A DNA stretch of 64,000 nucleotides from an uncultured Chloroflexia bacterium (GTDB lineage Bacteria; Chloroflexota; Limnocylindria; Limnocylindrales; CSP1-4), in the NCBI GenBank assembly GCA_963778955.1, contig CAVZWI010000001.1, forward strand, positions 562,383 through 626,382, written 5' to 3'. Made by a program: the position numbers and the translations under genes. Shown one piece after another: positions 55,993 through 64,000 of the stretch; positions within the stretch are counted from its first letter, which is position 1; the number at the start of each line of letters is the position of its first letter. The notes under the pieces are model-generated. The model was not told the origin of the DNA and searched no databases. It saw only the letters and a list, made by a program, of their open reading frames with translations.

Positions 55993-56828
55993 CCCGACCC
56001 ATCCTCGGGCGGCAGGCCCGCAGCCGCGCGGTCGAAGTGGACCGGCCGCTCGCGGCCACCGGGGTAGCCCAAGTCGCGGCCGGTGCCGTCACGCCGCACC
56101 TTGCCACCCACTTCGGCTACGACCGCGGCCAGGTTCTTGCGCTGTTGTTGCGCGAACATCTGGAACTGTCCCGTCCAGGGGTAGGCCGCACCCTCCCAGC
56201 GCGTGTCACGCTCGGCCAGCGCCCGGCGCAGGCTGGCCTCCACGCTGCCGCGCCGTTCGATGATGGTGACGGTCGAGCCCACGTTCGAGGCCTTGTGGGC
56301 GTCAGAGCCACCGGTGGCCGCGATGCCCAGTTCCTCGGCCAGGGCGGGAGCCTTGCGGCTCCAGTGCATCCGCGCCGTGGTGGGGTTGAAGCCCTCCATG
56401 CCGTCGGGATGGAAGATGGCATCGGGCTCAGCCATGAGCCTGCGGATGCTGCGCTCGCTCGCGCAGAGTGGATAGGGCGGCAGGGGGTGGGCCAGGATGG
56501 CCAGCCCGCCTTGCTCGTGGATCATGGCGATGGAGTCCTTGAGCGAGTGCCAGGGGCGGATACGCTTGCGCATGTAGAGGCCCAGCAGATGGCCACCGCG
56601 CGTGGAGATCTCCTCAGCCACGATCACCTCGATGGGCCAACCGTGACCCTCGGCGATGGCCGCCCCGGCCACTGCAGCATCCATGCGCTCGTGGTCGGCG
56701 ATGCCGACAGCATCGAGGCCCCGCACGATGGCGGCCTTGATCATCGTCTCCACGTCGTCGATGCCATCCGAGGCGAGCGTGTGCACATGCGGGTCGATGC
56801 GCATCATGGTTCTGGTCTCGTCGCTCAC
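55989..56828 (-). CDS. PHP-domain metal-dependent phosphoesterase
   Basis: ORF 55989..56996. GTG 56828 forms a GTGA overlap with the upstream stop (alternative ATG 56807). Motifs: MRIDPHVHTLASDG, GIADHE, ILAHP, GGSDAH. Confidence 0.8.
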   Translation of the reverse strand: MSDETRTMMRIDPHVHTLASDGIDDVETMIKAAIVRGLDAVGIADHERMDAAVAGAAIAEGHGWPIEVIVAEEISTRGGHLLGLYMRKRIRPWHSLKDSIAMIHEQGGLAILAHPLPPYPLCASERSIRRLMAEPDAIFHPDGMEGFNPTTARMHWSRKAPALAEELGIAATGGSDAHKASNVGSTVTIIERRGSVEASLRRALAERDTRWEGAAYPWTGQFQMFAQQQRKNLAAVVAEVGGKVRRDGTGRDLGYPGGRERPVHFDRAAAGLPPEDGSG

Positions 56829-57814
56829 ACCGTGTCCTCGTCCTGCCAGATCGGAAAGAACAGTGTGGTCCATTGCTCGGGCGCGCGCGCGATGATGCGC
56901 TCGAATGCGCGGGCCTCCTGTTCCACGATGGCCCGCGTGGCCTCGCGTCGCGTGGCGCCCTCGGGCGGGCGCAGCTGTACGGTGTGCCCCAGCCACGCTC
57001 CGGGGCCGGTGCGCTCGATGGCCTGCAGGTACAGCGGCGCTCCCGTCTGCACGCAGAGCATGGCCGGCCCGATGGGCAGTCGGGTAGGGGCGCCGAAGAG
57101 TCGTACCTCCGTGCCGCGGCCGACGACGTTGCGGTCAGCCACGATCCCGACGGCCTCGCCACGCTCGAGGGCCGCGATGAGCGCCCCGGCCGCGTTCTCC
57201 ATCGGCACGATGGTGATCCCGAGCTCGTTGCGCACGCGGTCGAAGTAGGCGCGCGCCAGCGGCGCAGCGACGAACTCCATGGGGCCGGTGACCGGCAGCG
57301 ACCCGACACGCGACGCGTACAGCGCCGACAGGTCGACCGAGCCGAAATGCATCGCCATGTGGATAAGCCCGACCTGACCCGGCGCCCGAGGCGCGACCGT
57401 CTCTGCCGCCAGTGCCGGGTCCACCGGCAGCAGCCGCTGCCGAAGCTCCTCGCCGCTGTAGCGCGGTCCCATCGCGGCCTCGATGTACGTCACCACCCAG
57501 TGGCTGAACGCGGCCCGCACCAGGTGCTCCAGCGCCGCGCGGTCCCGGGCTGCTCTGGCCACACGTGGACTGGCCATGTCCTGCTCCACGAGCCAGCCAC
57601 AGACACGCTCCAGGTTGCGCCGAACCTGGCGTCGCCGCTCGGGGAGCACCAGGTAGAGCCCGGCGCCAAGCACGAAGGCGACCCGGAACTGGGGCTTGTC
57701 GGGCAACCTGCGCATCAACCACAGGCCGCCCAGGAGGAATCGAAAGGCGATCCGCTGAGGGAGGCTCAAGGGTGGACTCGGCGGCGGCGCGGGTGTCTCG
57801 AAGTGGTCAGGCAT
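56825..57814 (-). CDS. LpxL/HtrB-family lipid acyltransferase (PatA-like), copy 1
   Basis: ORF 56825..57838; start ATG 57814. N-terminal membrane-associating helix, HxxxxD-type region (MAMHFGSVD), and PTRLPIGPAMLCVQTGAPL. Confidence 0.8.
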   Translation of the reverse strand: MPDHFETPAPPPSPPLSLPQRIAFRFLLGGLWLMRRLPDKPQFRVAFVLGAGLYLVLPERRRQVRRNLERVCGWLVEQDMASPRVARAARDRAALEHLVRAAFSHWVVTYIEAAMGPRYSGEELRQRLLPVDPALAAETVAPRAPGQVGLIHMAMHFGSVDLSALYASRVGSLPVTGPMEFVAAPLARAYFDRVRNELGITIVPMENAAGALIAALERGEAVGIVADRNVVGRGTEVRLFGAPTRLPIGPAMLCVQTGAPLYLQAIERTGPGAWLGHTVQLRPPEGATRREATRAIVEQEARAFERIIARAPEQWTTLFFPIWQDEDTV

Positions 57815-58814
57815 GGGCGTTCTCCGTGGCGGCGGCACGGCGGGTCAGTGCCTCGGCCTCAGCGGCTGTCGCGGGCCACATGGGCTTGAAGGTGTACCAC
57901 TGCTCAGGCGCTTCGCCGATCATCGTCTCGAGGGCAGTGGCGATGGCTTGGGTGGCACGGCCGACCGCCGCATCTGATGTATCGGCCACGAAGATCGGCT
58001 CGTACATCATGGGGTCATAGCGGCCATCGGGTCGGCGCCTGGCGAGAACCGGCACGATGACGGCACCGGTGCGTGCCGCTAGAGTGGCCGGGCCCGCCGG
58101 TAGTGTGGTCCAGTCGCCGAACAGCTTGACCGGGACGTCGTCGGCTCGGTAGCCCCAGTCGACGACCATGCCCAGGATGGCCGGTCTGCGCATGACGCGG
58201 AAGATCTCGCGCAAGCGGCGCCAGGGGATGATGGTCACACCCCAGCGCGCACGGGAGGCGTTGAGCAACTCGAAGAGCTCATCGAAGGCCGAGTCGTCGG
58301 CCAGGCCGTAGGTGGGGATGCCTTGCTGGGCATAGGCGCCGGCGAAGACATCGATGCTGCCGATGTGGCCACTGACCGCGATGATGCCCCGCCCCTCGTC
58401 CCGGCACTGCCGCCACACCGCCATGAAGCGTTCGTGCTGCGCGCCTGCCAGTTCCACCAGCTTGACCGGCTCATCGGCCGGCAGGCCCGGCAGGCGCATC
58501 AGCTCGATGGTGAACCGGGAATAGGTCGCGTAGATGCCGCGTGCCATGGCCGCCACGGCGGCGTGCCGCGGCGGCAGGCCCAGGACGTGGGCGGCGTTGG
58601 CGGTGACGATGCGACGCTTGGAGGGCCACAGGTAGTAGCCGGCAAGGAAGCACGCTCGAGCGACCGGCTCGCTGACACGCAGCGGCACGCGGACCAGCAG
58701 CGCCGAGCCGGCACGGAACCACAGGACGACGAACCGCTCCCAGGCCCGGGAGACGGCTCTCCCGAGCCGCCCTCGCTGACCTCGACGATGTGGTGCGTAG
58801 TCGACGCCGGACAC
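57807..58814 (-). CDS. LpxL/HtrB-family lipid acyltransferase (PatA-like), copy 2
   Basis: 335 aa. Contains SGHIGSIDV and TTLPAGPATLAARTGAVIVP, with the same architecture as copy 1. Confidence 0.8.
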   Translation of the reverse strand: MSGVDYAPHRRGQRGRLGRAVSRAWERFVVLWFRAGSALLVRVPLRVSEPVARACFLAGYYLWPSKRRIVTANAAHVLGLPPRHAAVAAMARGIYATYSRFTIELMRLPGLPADEPVKLVELAGAQHERFMAVWRQCRDEGRGIIAVSGHIGSIDVFAGAYAQQGIPTYGLADDSAFDELFELLNASRARWGVTIIPWRRLREIFRVMRRPAILGMVVDWGYRADDVPVKLFGDWTTLPAGPATLAARTGAVIVPVLARRRPDGRYDPMMYEPIFVADTSDAAVGRATQAIATALETMIGEAPEQWYTFKPMWPATAAEAEALTRRAAATENAHA

Positions 58815-58825
58815 GTCCCTCCTGT

Positions 58826-60034
58826 TCAGGCGATGGTGATCGCCTCCTGCTCGGGTGAAGCGGCTCCCAGGGCAGCCGCTCGGACCTCGTCCGGATCGGC
58901 GCCGGTAAGGGTCGCATCATCCTCGCCCCGGATGAAGGCTTCCACGCGCTGTCGAGCCACGTCATCGTGGATCTGCAGTGGCGGACTCTTCATGAAGTAG
59001 GACGAGGCTGCCACGAGCGTACCCGACAAGCCGCGATCGAGACCGAGCTTGGCGCAGCGGATGGCGTCGGTGATGACGCCGGCGCTGTTGGGGCTGTCCC
59101 AGACCTCCAGCTTCAGCTCGACCAGCAGCGGCACATCACCATAGGTGGTGCCTTCGATGCGGATATGGCAGAACTTGCGGTCCTCCAGCCAGGGCACGTG
59201 GTCCGAAGGCCCCACGTGGACGTTACCCTCGCCCAGGTCGTAGTCGAGCATGGAGGTGACGGCGTTGGTCTTGCTGATCTTCTTGGACTCCAGCCGGTCG
59301 CGCTCCAGCATGTTCTGGAAGTCGGTGTTGCCGCCAAAATTCAGCTGATACGTGCGATCGACCCGGACGCCACGATCGTCGAACAGGCGGGTCAGCACGC
59401 GATGGCTGATGGTGGCGCCGACCTGGCTCTTGATGTCGTCGCCGATGACCGGCAGGCCGGCAGCCGCGAACCTGGCTTGCCACGCCGGCTCCCGGCCGAT
59501 GAAGACGGGGATGGCATTGACGAAGGCACAGCCGGCCTCGATGGCACGCTCCGCGTACCAGCGGGTGGCGGCCTCGCTGCCGACCGGCAGGTAGGAGACC
59601 AGCACGTCGACCGCGGCCGCTTTGAGCGCCGCGGACACGTCGACCGCCGCTTCGGGGGACTCTGGCACGACCGCGGCCACGTACTTGCCGATGCCATCCA
59701 TGGTGGGACCGCGCTGCACCGTCACGCCGATGCGCGGCACGTCCATGAAGCGGATGGTGTTGTTGGGCTGGGCGTAGATGGCCTCGCCGAGATCCTTTCC
59801 GACCTTGTTGGCATTGACGTCGAAGGCGGCCACGAACTCGATGTCGCGCACGTGGTAGCCGCCCAGGTTGACGTGCATGAGGCCCGGTACGAAGGTGTCC
59901 TCGGGGGCGTCCTGGTAGTAGTAGCGGCCCTGGATGAGGCTGCTGGCGCAGTTGCCCACGCCGACGATGGCGACTCGGATCGACTTGGCGCCCGAGGGGA
60001 TGGGCGCCCGACCGTTGCCGTTGTGCTTGCTCAT
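58826..60034 (-). CDS. ino1: myo-inositol-3-phosphate (inositol-1-phosphate) synthase
   Basis: 402 aa; [56 protein letters not shown]. Confidence 0.9.
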   Translation of the reverse strand: MSKHNGNGRAPIPSGAKSIRVAIVGVGNCASSLIQGRYYYQDAPEDTFVPGLMHVNLGGYHVRDIEFVAAFDVNANKVGKDLGEAIYAQPNNTIRFMDVPRIGVTVQRGPTMDGIGKYVAAVVPESPEAAVDVSAALKAAAVDVLVSYLPVGSEAATRWYAERAIEAGCAFVNAIPVFIGREPAWQARFAAAGLPVIGDDIKSQVGATISHRVLTRLFDDRGVRVDRTYQLNFGGNTDFQNMLERDRLESKKISKTNAVTSMLDYDLGEGNVHVGPSDHVPWLEDRKFCHIRIEGTTYGDVPLLVELKLEVWDSPNSAGVITDAIRCAKLGLDRGLSGTLVAASSYFMKSPPLQIHDDVARQRVEAFIRGEDDATLTGADPDEVRAAALGAASPEQEAITIA

Positions 60035-60065
60035 CTTGTGATGTCCCTGCCTTTCGTTGCGTTCG

Positions 60066-60731
60066 CTAGTCCTGGTGGGGGTTGGCGGGTTGCGAGACGA
60101 CGAATCGGATCCGTTGGATCACGGTGATGGTGGCCAGTACAGCGATGAGGCCAAGGCCAGCTGCGAGGATGAGGCTGCCGAGGTCGGCCAGATCGGGGGT
60201 GACGCCGAAGATGCCGGCCCCGACCAGGGCGATGCCGAGGATGACCGTGCGGACTTCGCGCGGGGCGAAGCCGATGGCGGCCATGCCGGTGCCACTGGAG
60301 AAGCCCAGCGATTCACTCTTGGCGCGCGTGTAGCTGACCATGAAGGCCGACACCAGCGCTGCTCCTGCCAACCAGGCTCCGAGGTCGAAGCCGGCCTGCG
60401 TGGCGCCGATGATGATGCCCACGTAGACGACACCTTCACCCCAGCGGTCGAAGGTGCTGTCCATGAAGGCGCCGAGCTTGCTCACCTGTCCGGTGGCGCG
60501 TGCGACCGCACCGTCGAACATGTCGAAGCCGGCCCCGACCGTGGCCACGATGCCGGCCAGCAACCACCATTCGACTGCGGCCAGCAGGCCGCCGAGCGAG
60601 GCGATGCCAAAGCCGATGAGCGTGAGCATGTTGGGGGTCAGGCCGGCTCGGGACATGGCCAGGGCGATCGGCTCGACCTTGGCGCGGATGCCGGAGCGCT
60701 GCTCCGGGGAGATGAATGATCCCTTGCTCAC
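60066..60731 (-). CDS. CDP-alcohol phosphatidyltransferase (phosphatidylinositol-phosphate synthase-like, PgsA1-type by context)
   Basis: 221 aa, about 6 TM helices. The signature is D-G-x2-A-R-x8-G-x3-D-x3-D ([31 protein letters not shown]). It is adjacent to ino1. Confidence 0.85.
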   Translation of the reverse strand: MSKGSFISPEQRSGIRAKVEPIALAMSRAGLTPNMLTLIGFGIASLGGLLAAVEWWLLAGIVATVGAGFDMFDGAVARATGQVSKLGAFMDSTFDRWGEGVVYVGIIIGATQAGFDLGAWLAGAALVSAFMVSYTRAKSESLGFSSGTGMAAIGFAPREVRTVILGIALVGAGIFGVTPDLADLGSLILAAGLGLIAVLATITVIQRIRFVVSQPANPHQD

Positions 60732-60733
60732 GA

Positions 60734-61066
60734 TCAGCCCTCCGATCCCAGGAGCGCCCGCTCCTGCTCGTGGAAGCGCGCCAGGGCCTCACGTCCCAGG
60801 CTGCAGATGGTTTCGCGACCAGACCGTCGCGTCTTGACGAGGCCTGCGACGCGCAGACGGCGCAGATGCCACGAGACGAGCGGTTGGCTGAGGTCGACGT
60901 GGCGCATCAGGTCGCTGACCGTGCCGTCCCCTTCGGCCAGCCGCGCCACGATGCGCAGTCGCGTGGGGTCGGCGAGGGCCTTGTGGATGATGGCCATGGC
61001 CTTCAGGTCCTGCGGTGGATCGGTGATGCTCGAGATGGTCGAGCGGATGCGTGCCGGGCTTGGCAA
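60734..61066 (-). CDS. ArsR/SmtB-family transcriptional regulator
   Basis: 110 aa; LADPTRLRIVARLAEGDGTVSDLMRHVDLSQPLVSWHLRRLRVAGLV. The stop is 2 nt from the next gene's start. Confidence 0.85.
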   Translation of the reverse strand: MPSPARIRSTISSITDPPQDLKAMAIIHKALADPTRLRIVARLAEGDGTVSDLMRHVDLSQPLVSWHLRRLRVAGLVKTRRSGRETICSLGREALARFHEQERALLGSEG

Positions 61067-61377
61067 GCAGCCCCCTTCCCTGCGTGATTACAACAATGGT
61101 CCTTTATATAAGCAGACGTTGATGCTAATCGAGCGTGTGCGCGCTGTCAAGGCGACGGACCGAGACGAGACGCATGCAGCGCGCACGGTCTGGCGGCTGG
61201 TTGACCTTTCACTCGTGGACCCCACGCCGGGACCTACCGGCGCCCCGTGCCGAGCTGTCATGGTGACCCCCAGGTGGGTCAGGTCGGGAGGGCCTGGCTG
61301 GTCGCTGCCCCCTCGGCGCCAGTCCGATGGCTCGAGGGTGACAAAGCTCGCTGATCGTCCGGCCCGTTCATGCTATG

Positions 61378-61400
61378 CTTTGTCGTACAAAGTAATTTGT
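61378..61400. promoter_or_regulatory. overlapping palindromes CTTTGT-cgt-ACAAAG-taa-TTTGT (candidate operator)
   Basis: Read directly from the sequence. It lies immediately upstream of the GGAGG SD of the 61413 gene, and another ACAAAG is at 61341-61346. Confidence 0.3.
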
Positions 61401-61412
61401 GGAGGCGAGGAC

Positions 61413-62012
61413 ATGGACGAGCAAGCGCACCTCGCAACCATGGAACAGGAGGCCTATCGAGCCTCGTGGTCTGACGGCCTCGTGGACGTCTACCTCGGCC
61501 TGTCGCTGCTCTGGGTCGGTGCCATGTGGACCTGGCCCAACGAACTCTCCGGCATCGCGGGCATCGTGCCGGCCATCATGGTGGCCCCGTTCCTGGCTGC
61601 CAGGCGCCGATTCATGGAGGCGAGGCTGGGGTACGTCAGGTGGCAGATGCCAAGACGCCGGTGGGAGCGGCGGAACCTGTGGTTGCTGCTGGGCGTCGGG
61701 ACCGGGATGTTCGTGCTCATGATCGCTGCCTTCGGCTTCCTCTGGTCGGACGTCTCGGTCGGCTCGCCCTCGCTGGCACCCGGGATCCTGGCCTGGCTGC
61801 TGGCCTTGCTGACCGTCGGTGTCGCGGTCCTGATCGCTGCCGCGCGCATGTTGCTCTACGCTGCCGTGCTCGCCGTTGGCGGCCTGGTCGCGGTCGCGCT
61901 CGGGGCCGAGCCGGGTTGGCCGATGCTCGGGTGCGGCCTTGTTGCGACCGTGGTGGGCGGCGTGATGCTCCGGCGCTTCATGCAGCACTACCCGGTCATC
62001 GGCCGGACGTGA
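61413..62012 (+). CDS. hypothetical 5-6 TM membrane protein
   Basis: The tail of ORF 60807..62012 from ATG 61413, preceded by GGAGG. It contains hydrophobic helices and is translationally coupled (GTGA) to the downstream wHTH gene. Confidence 0.55.
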   Translation: MDEQAHLATMEQEAYRASWSDGLVDVYLGLSLLWVGAMWTWPNELSGIAGIVPAIMVAPFLAARRRFMEARLGYVRWQMPRRRWERRNLWLLLGVGTGMFVLMIAAFGFLWSDVSVGSPSLAPGILAWLLALLTVGVAVLIAAARMLLYAAVLAVGGLVAVALGAEPGWPMLGCGLVATVVGGVMLRRFMQHYPVIGRT

Positions 62013-62365
62013 GCGACAGCCCGGAGACGGCCGGGGCGCCATCTCCCGTCGAGATCGACCGGCTCATCCACGAGCCGGCGCGACTGGTACTGGTGGCGAC
62101 CCTGGCGGTCGTGGATGAAGCTGACTTCGTCTACCTCTCGGCGCGGACGCACCTGACCGCGGGCAACATCAGCTCGCACATGTCACGGTTGGAGGCGGGG
62201 GGCTACGTGCGCATCGAGAAGTCCTTCGACGGCCGACGACCACGGACGACGTACGCGTTGACCGATGAGGGCCGGGCTGCGTTCGCGCGCTACCGCGAGC
62301 AGGTCGGTGGCTTGCTCGGGAACGATCGCCACGAGTCCGAGGGGTGCATGGCGCGAGGGCATTGA
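62009..62365 (+). CDS. winged-helix (MarR/ArsR-like) transcriptional regulator
   Basis: The tail of ORF 61526..62365 from GTG 62009: IHEPARLVLVATLAVVDEADFVYLSARTHLTAGNISSHMSRLEAGGYVRIEKSFDGRRPRTTYALTDEGRAAFARY. Confidence 0.7.
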   Translation: MSDSPETAGAPSPVEIDRLIHEPARLVLVATLAVVDEADFVYLSARTHLTAGNISSHMSRLEAGGYVRIEKSFDGRRPRTTYALTDEGRAAFARYREQVGGLLGNDRHESEGCMARGH

Positions 62366-62564
62366 CTGGCTGAGGCTGTGTCGAACGACAGGGGCGGCAA
62401 CGTGCCGCGAGTCCGCCCACCTGCCACTTTGCGCATTGGCGCAGCGTCGACCATCATTCGACCATGGCCCTGCGGCAACGCCCCCTGCACACACGCCGGC
62501 GACCACCGACCGCGATGCGGAGCGTCGTGGGGAACCGGCGCCCGACGGATGGAGAACCTCCACG

Positions 62565-64000
62565 GTGAGCGGAACCTCTCGCGCAGTGATGTTGGCCGCG
62601 CTGTGCGTCGGCGTGCTGCTGGTGGGCATCGAGCTCTTCATCACGGCCGTGGCGCTGCCGCAGATCTTCTTCGACCTGTCCGGCTGGAGCGAGCTGCGCC
62701 GAGCATCCTGGATCGTCACCGCCTACCTGGTGGCCTACATCGCAGCCATGCCGCTGGCCGGTCGCGCCGCCGATCGCTACGGCCTACCGCGGCTGATGAT
62801 CCTGTCGTTGCTGCTGTTCGCGGTCGGGTCACTCGTCTGTGGCAGCGCCCCGACGCTGGAGATGCTGGTCCTGGGCCGCATCATCCAGGGTGCCGGTGCT
62901 GGCGCCATCCTGCCCGTGGCCACGGCCGGTGCCAGCCACCTCTACAGCGGTCATGCACGCAGCCGCGCGCTCGGCTTCATCGGCGCCGCCACCTTCCTGG
63001 GCATGGCCATTGGTCCCTTGCTGGGCGCGGTCATCCTGGAGGTCCTGAACCTGCGCGATGCCCTCGCCTCGGCAGATATCTGGGGTGGTGCCGTGGTGGA
63101 TGTGCTGGTGCCGGCGTGGCGCTGGGTCTTCTACGTGACGGTGCCGCTGGCGCTGCTGGCGGCCATCTACATCTGGGCGGCTTCACCCGGCTGGGACGTA
63201 GCGCCGGGGTCGTCACGCATGGACGCGGTCGGTGCCATCCTCTTCAGCACGGCGCTGACGTCCGGCCTGTTGGCCGTCACGCTCATCGGCGATGAGCCGC
63301 AGGCCGGCATCCCGGTCATCCCGGTCGCAGCCGCCATCGCCCTCGTCACCGGCGCGGCGGCCATCGTGCGCATGCTGCGTGTGCCCGAACCGTTCCTCGA
63401 CCTGCGATTGTTCACCGACCGTGTCTTCTCCGGTGCCGTCCTGGTCAGCCTGCTGACCGGCTACGCCCTCGCCACCGCCATCGTGGGCATGGCCGCCTTC
63501 ATCGATCGCGTCCGCTTCGCCGGGCCCGACGAGCAGGGCATCGTGCTGGGTCCGATGGCGCTCTTCATGGCCATCGGCGCCTTCGCATCAGGATTCATGA
63601 TGCGGCGCTTCAACGCCACGGCGGTCACGCTCGCTGGCCTGGTCGCGGCCAGTATCGGCCTGCTGTGGCTCTCCACCACGCGCATCGACACGGCGCTCTA
63701 CGTCCCGGTGGCATCACTCTCGCTGTTCGGTCTCGGCTTCGGGCTGACGGTCACGCCGCGCTCCATGGCCGCCGTGGAAGCTGCCGGTCGCGCTGCCTTC
63801 GGTGCCGCGAGTGCCGCGGTCACCGTCGGGCGCATGGCCGGCATGGCCATCGGCATGGCCATCCTGACCGCCTTCGGGACCACTCGCATCGACCAGGTCA
63901 CGGTGGCCCTCCACGACCAGGTGTTCCGCGACTCGATCCTGCCGGCAGACCTCGTCGGCCAGCCCCTCGGCGACCCGCTGGTCCTCGATGCCATCGAGCA
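62565..64000 (+). CDS. MFS transporter, DHA2 (EmrB/QacA-like, 14-TM) family, 3' end beyond the window
   Basis: Absent from the ORF track because there is no stop in the window. Manual translation from GTG 62565 gives VSGTSRAVMLAALCVGVLLVGIELFITAVALPQI...AYIAAMPLAGRAADRYG...LVLGRIIQGAGAGAILP...WRWVFYVTVP..., which are typical DHA2 motifs. Confidence 0.8.
   Translation, partial: MSGTSRAVMLAALCVGVLLVGIELFITAVALPQIFFDLSGWSELRRASWIVTAYLVAYIAAMPLAGRAADRYGLPRLMILSLLLFAVGSLVCGSAPTLEMLVLGRIIQGAGAGAILPVATAGASHLYSGHARSRALGFIGAATFLGMAIGPLLGAVILEVLNLRDALASADIWGGAVVDVLVPAWRWVFYVTVPLALLAAIYIWAASPGWDVAPGSSRMDAVGAILFSTALTSGLLAVTLIGDEPQAGIPVIPVAAAIALVTGAAAIVRMLRVPEPFLDLRLFTDRVFSGAVLVSLLTGYALATAIVGMAAFIDRVRFAGPDEQGIVLGPMALFMAIGAFASGFMMRRFNATAVTLAGLVAASIGLLWLSTTRIDTALYVPVASLSLFGLGFGLTVTPRSMAAVEAAGRAAFGAASAAVTVGRMAGMAIGMAILTAFGTTRIDQVTVALHDQVFRDSILPADLVGQPLGDPLVLDAIE

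Noticed and set aside
58826-60731. ino1 plus CDP-alcohol transferase as a di-myo-inositol-phosphate (compatible solute) pathway
   Set aside because: There is no CTP:inositol-1-P cytidylyltransferase domain fused or adjacent. The operon instead contains two lipid acyltransferases and a PimA-like GT4, which favours a membrane-lipid product. Sequence alone does not fully exclude the alternative.

Overview
By eye this is a high-GC bacterial chromosomal segment, roughly two-thirds G+C. It is densely packed with housekeeping genes from the replication-origin neighbourhood. I saw no transposase, integrase, CRISPR array, rRNA or tRNA.

Gene order, left to right:
- Minus strand: atpB (partial), atpZ-like, a WecA-family transferase, glyA, tsaC, prmC, prfA, a DUF1385 gene, rpmE, rpmA and rplU.
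- A J-domain protein and a CPA2 antiporter.
- mreD-mrdA-rodA, without mreBC.
- An intergenic region carrying two parS sites and DnaA-box-like repeats.
- A translationally coupled parA-parB-gyrB-(AlkD-like)-gyrA-prs string.
- secA, a Cys-rich small ORF, and prfB with the classic CTT TGA C +1 frameshift site.
- A GNAT gene, an IMPase-family gene, ftsE-ftsX-ctpA, smpB and tmRNA.
- jag-yidC-yidD-rnpA-rpmH on the minus strand.
- A csaA-like gene, then dnaA, a 35% GC putative unwinding element, dnaN, recF and a DUF721/DciA-like gene.
- A membrane PP2C-like pseudophosphatase and a bifunctional-nuclease-domain protein.

The most interesting part is a contiguous locus of about 15 kb (45.8-61.1 kb). It combines a tightly coupled ArsR / CDP-alcohol phosphatidyltransferase / inositol-3-phosphate synthase / 2x PatA-like acyltransferase / PHP phosphoesterase / PimA-like GT4 operon with a polyprenyl-phosphate-sugar-synthase-like GT2 and four GT-C membrane glycosyltransferase modules. 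Two of those modules are fused in a 1718-aa protein. Together this looks like a self-contained phosphatidylinositol-mannoside / lipomannan-like glycolipid pathway, with the PHP protein as a candidate for the poorly assigned PIP phosphatase step.

Five genes carry single-base frameshifts, and a sixth is possible at the prfB N-terminus. That pattern points to indel errors in the assembly or to real gene decay. All calls come from reading the supplied translations and the DNA; no database search was run.
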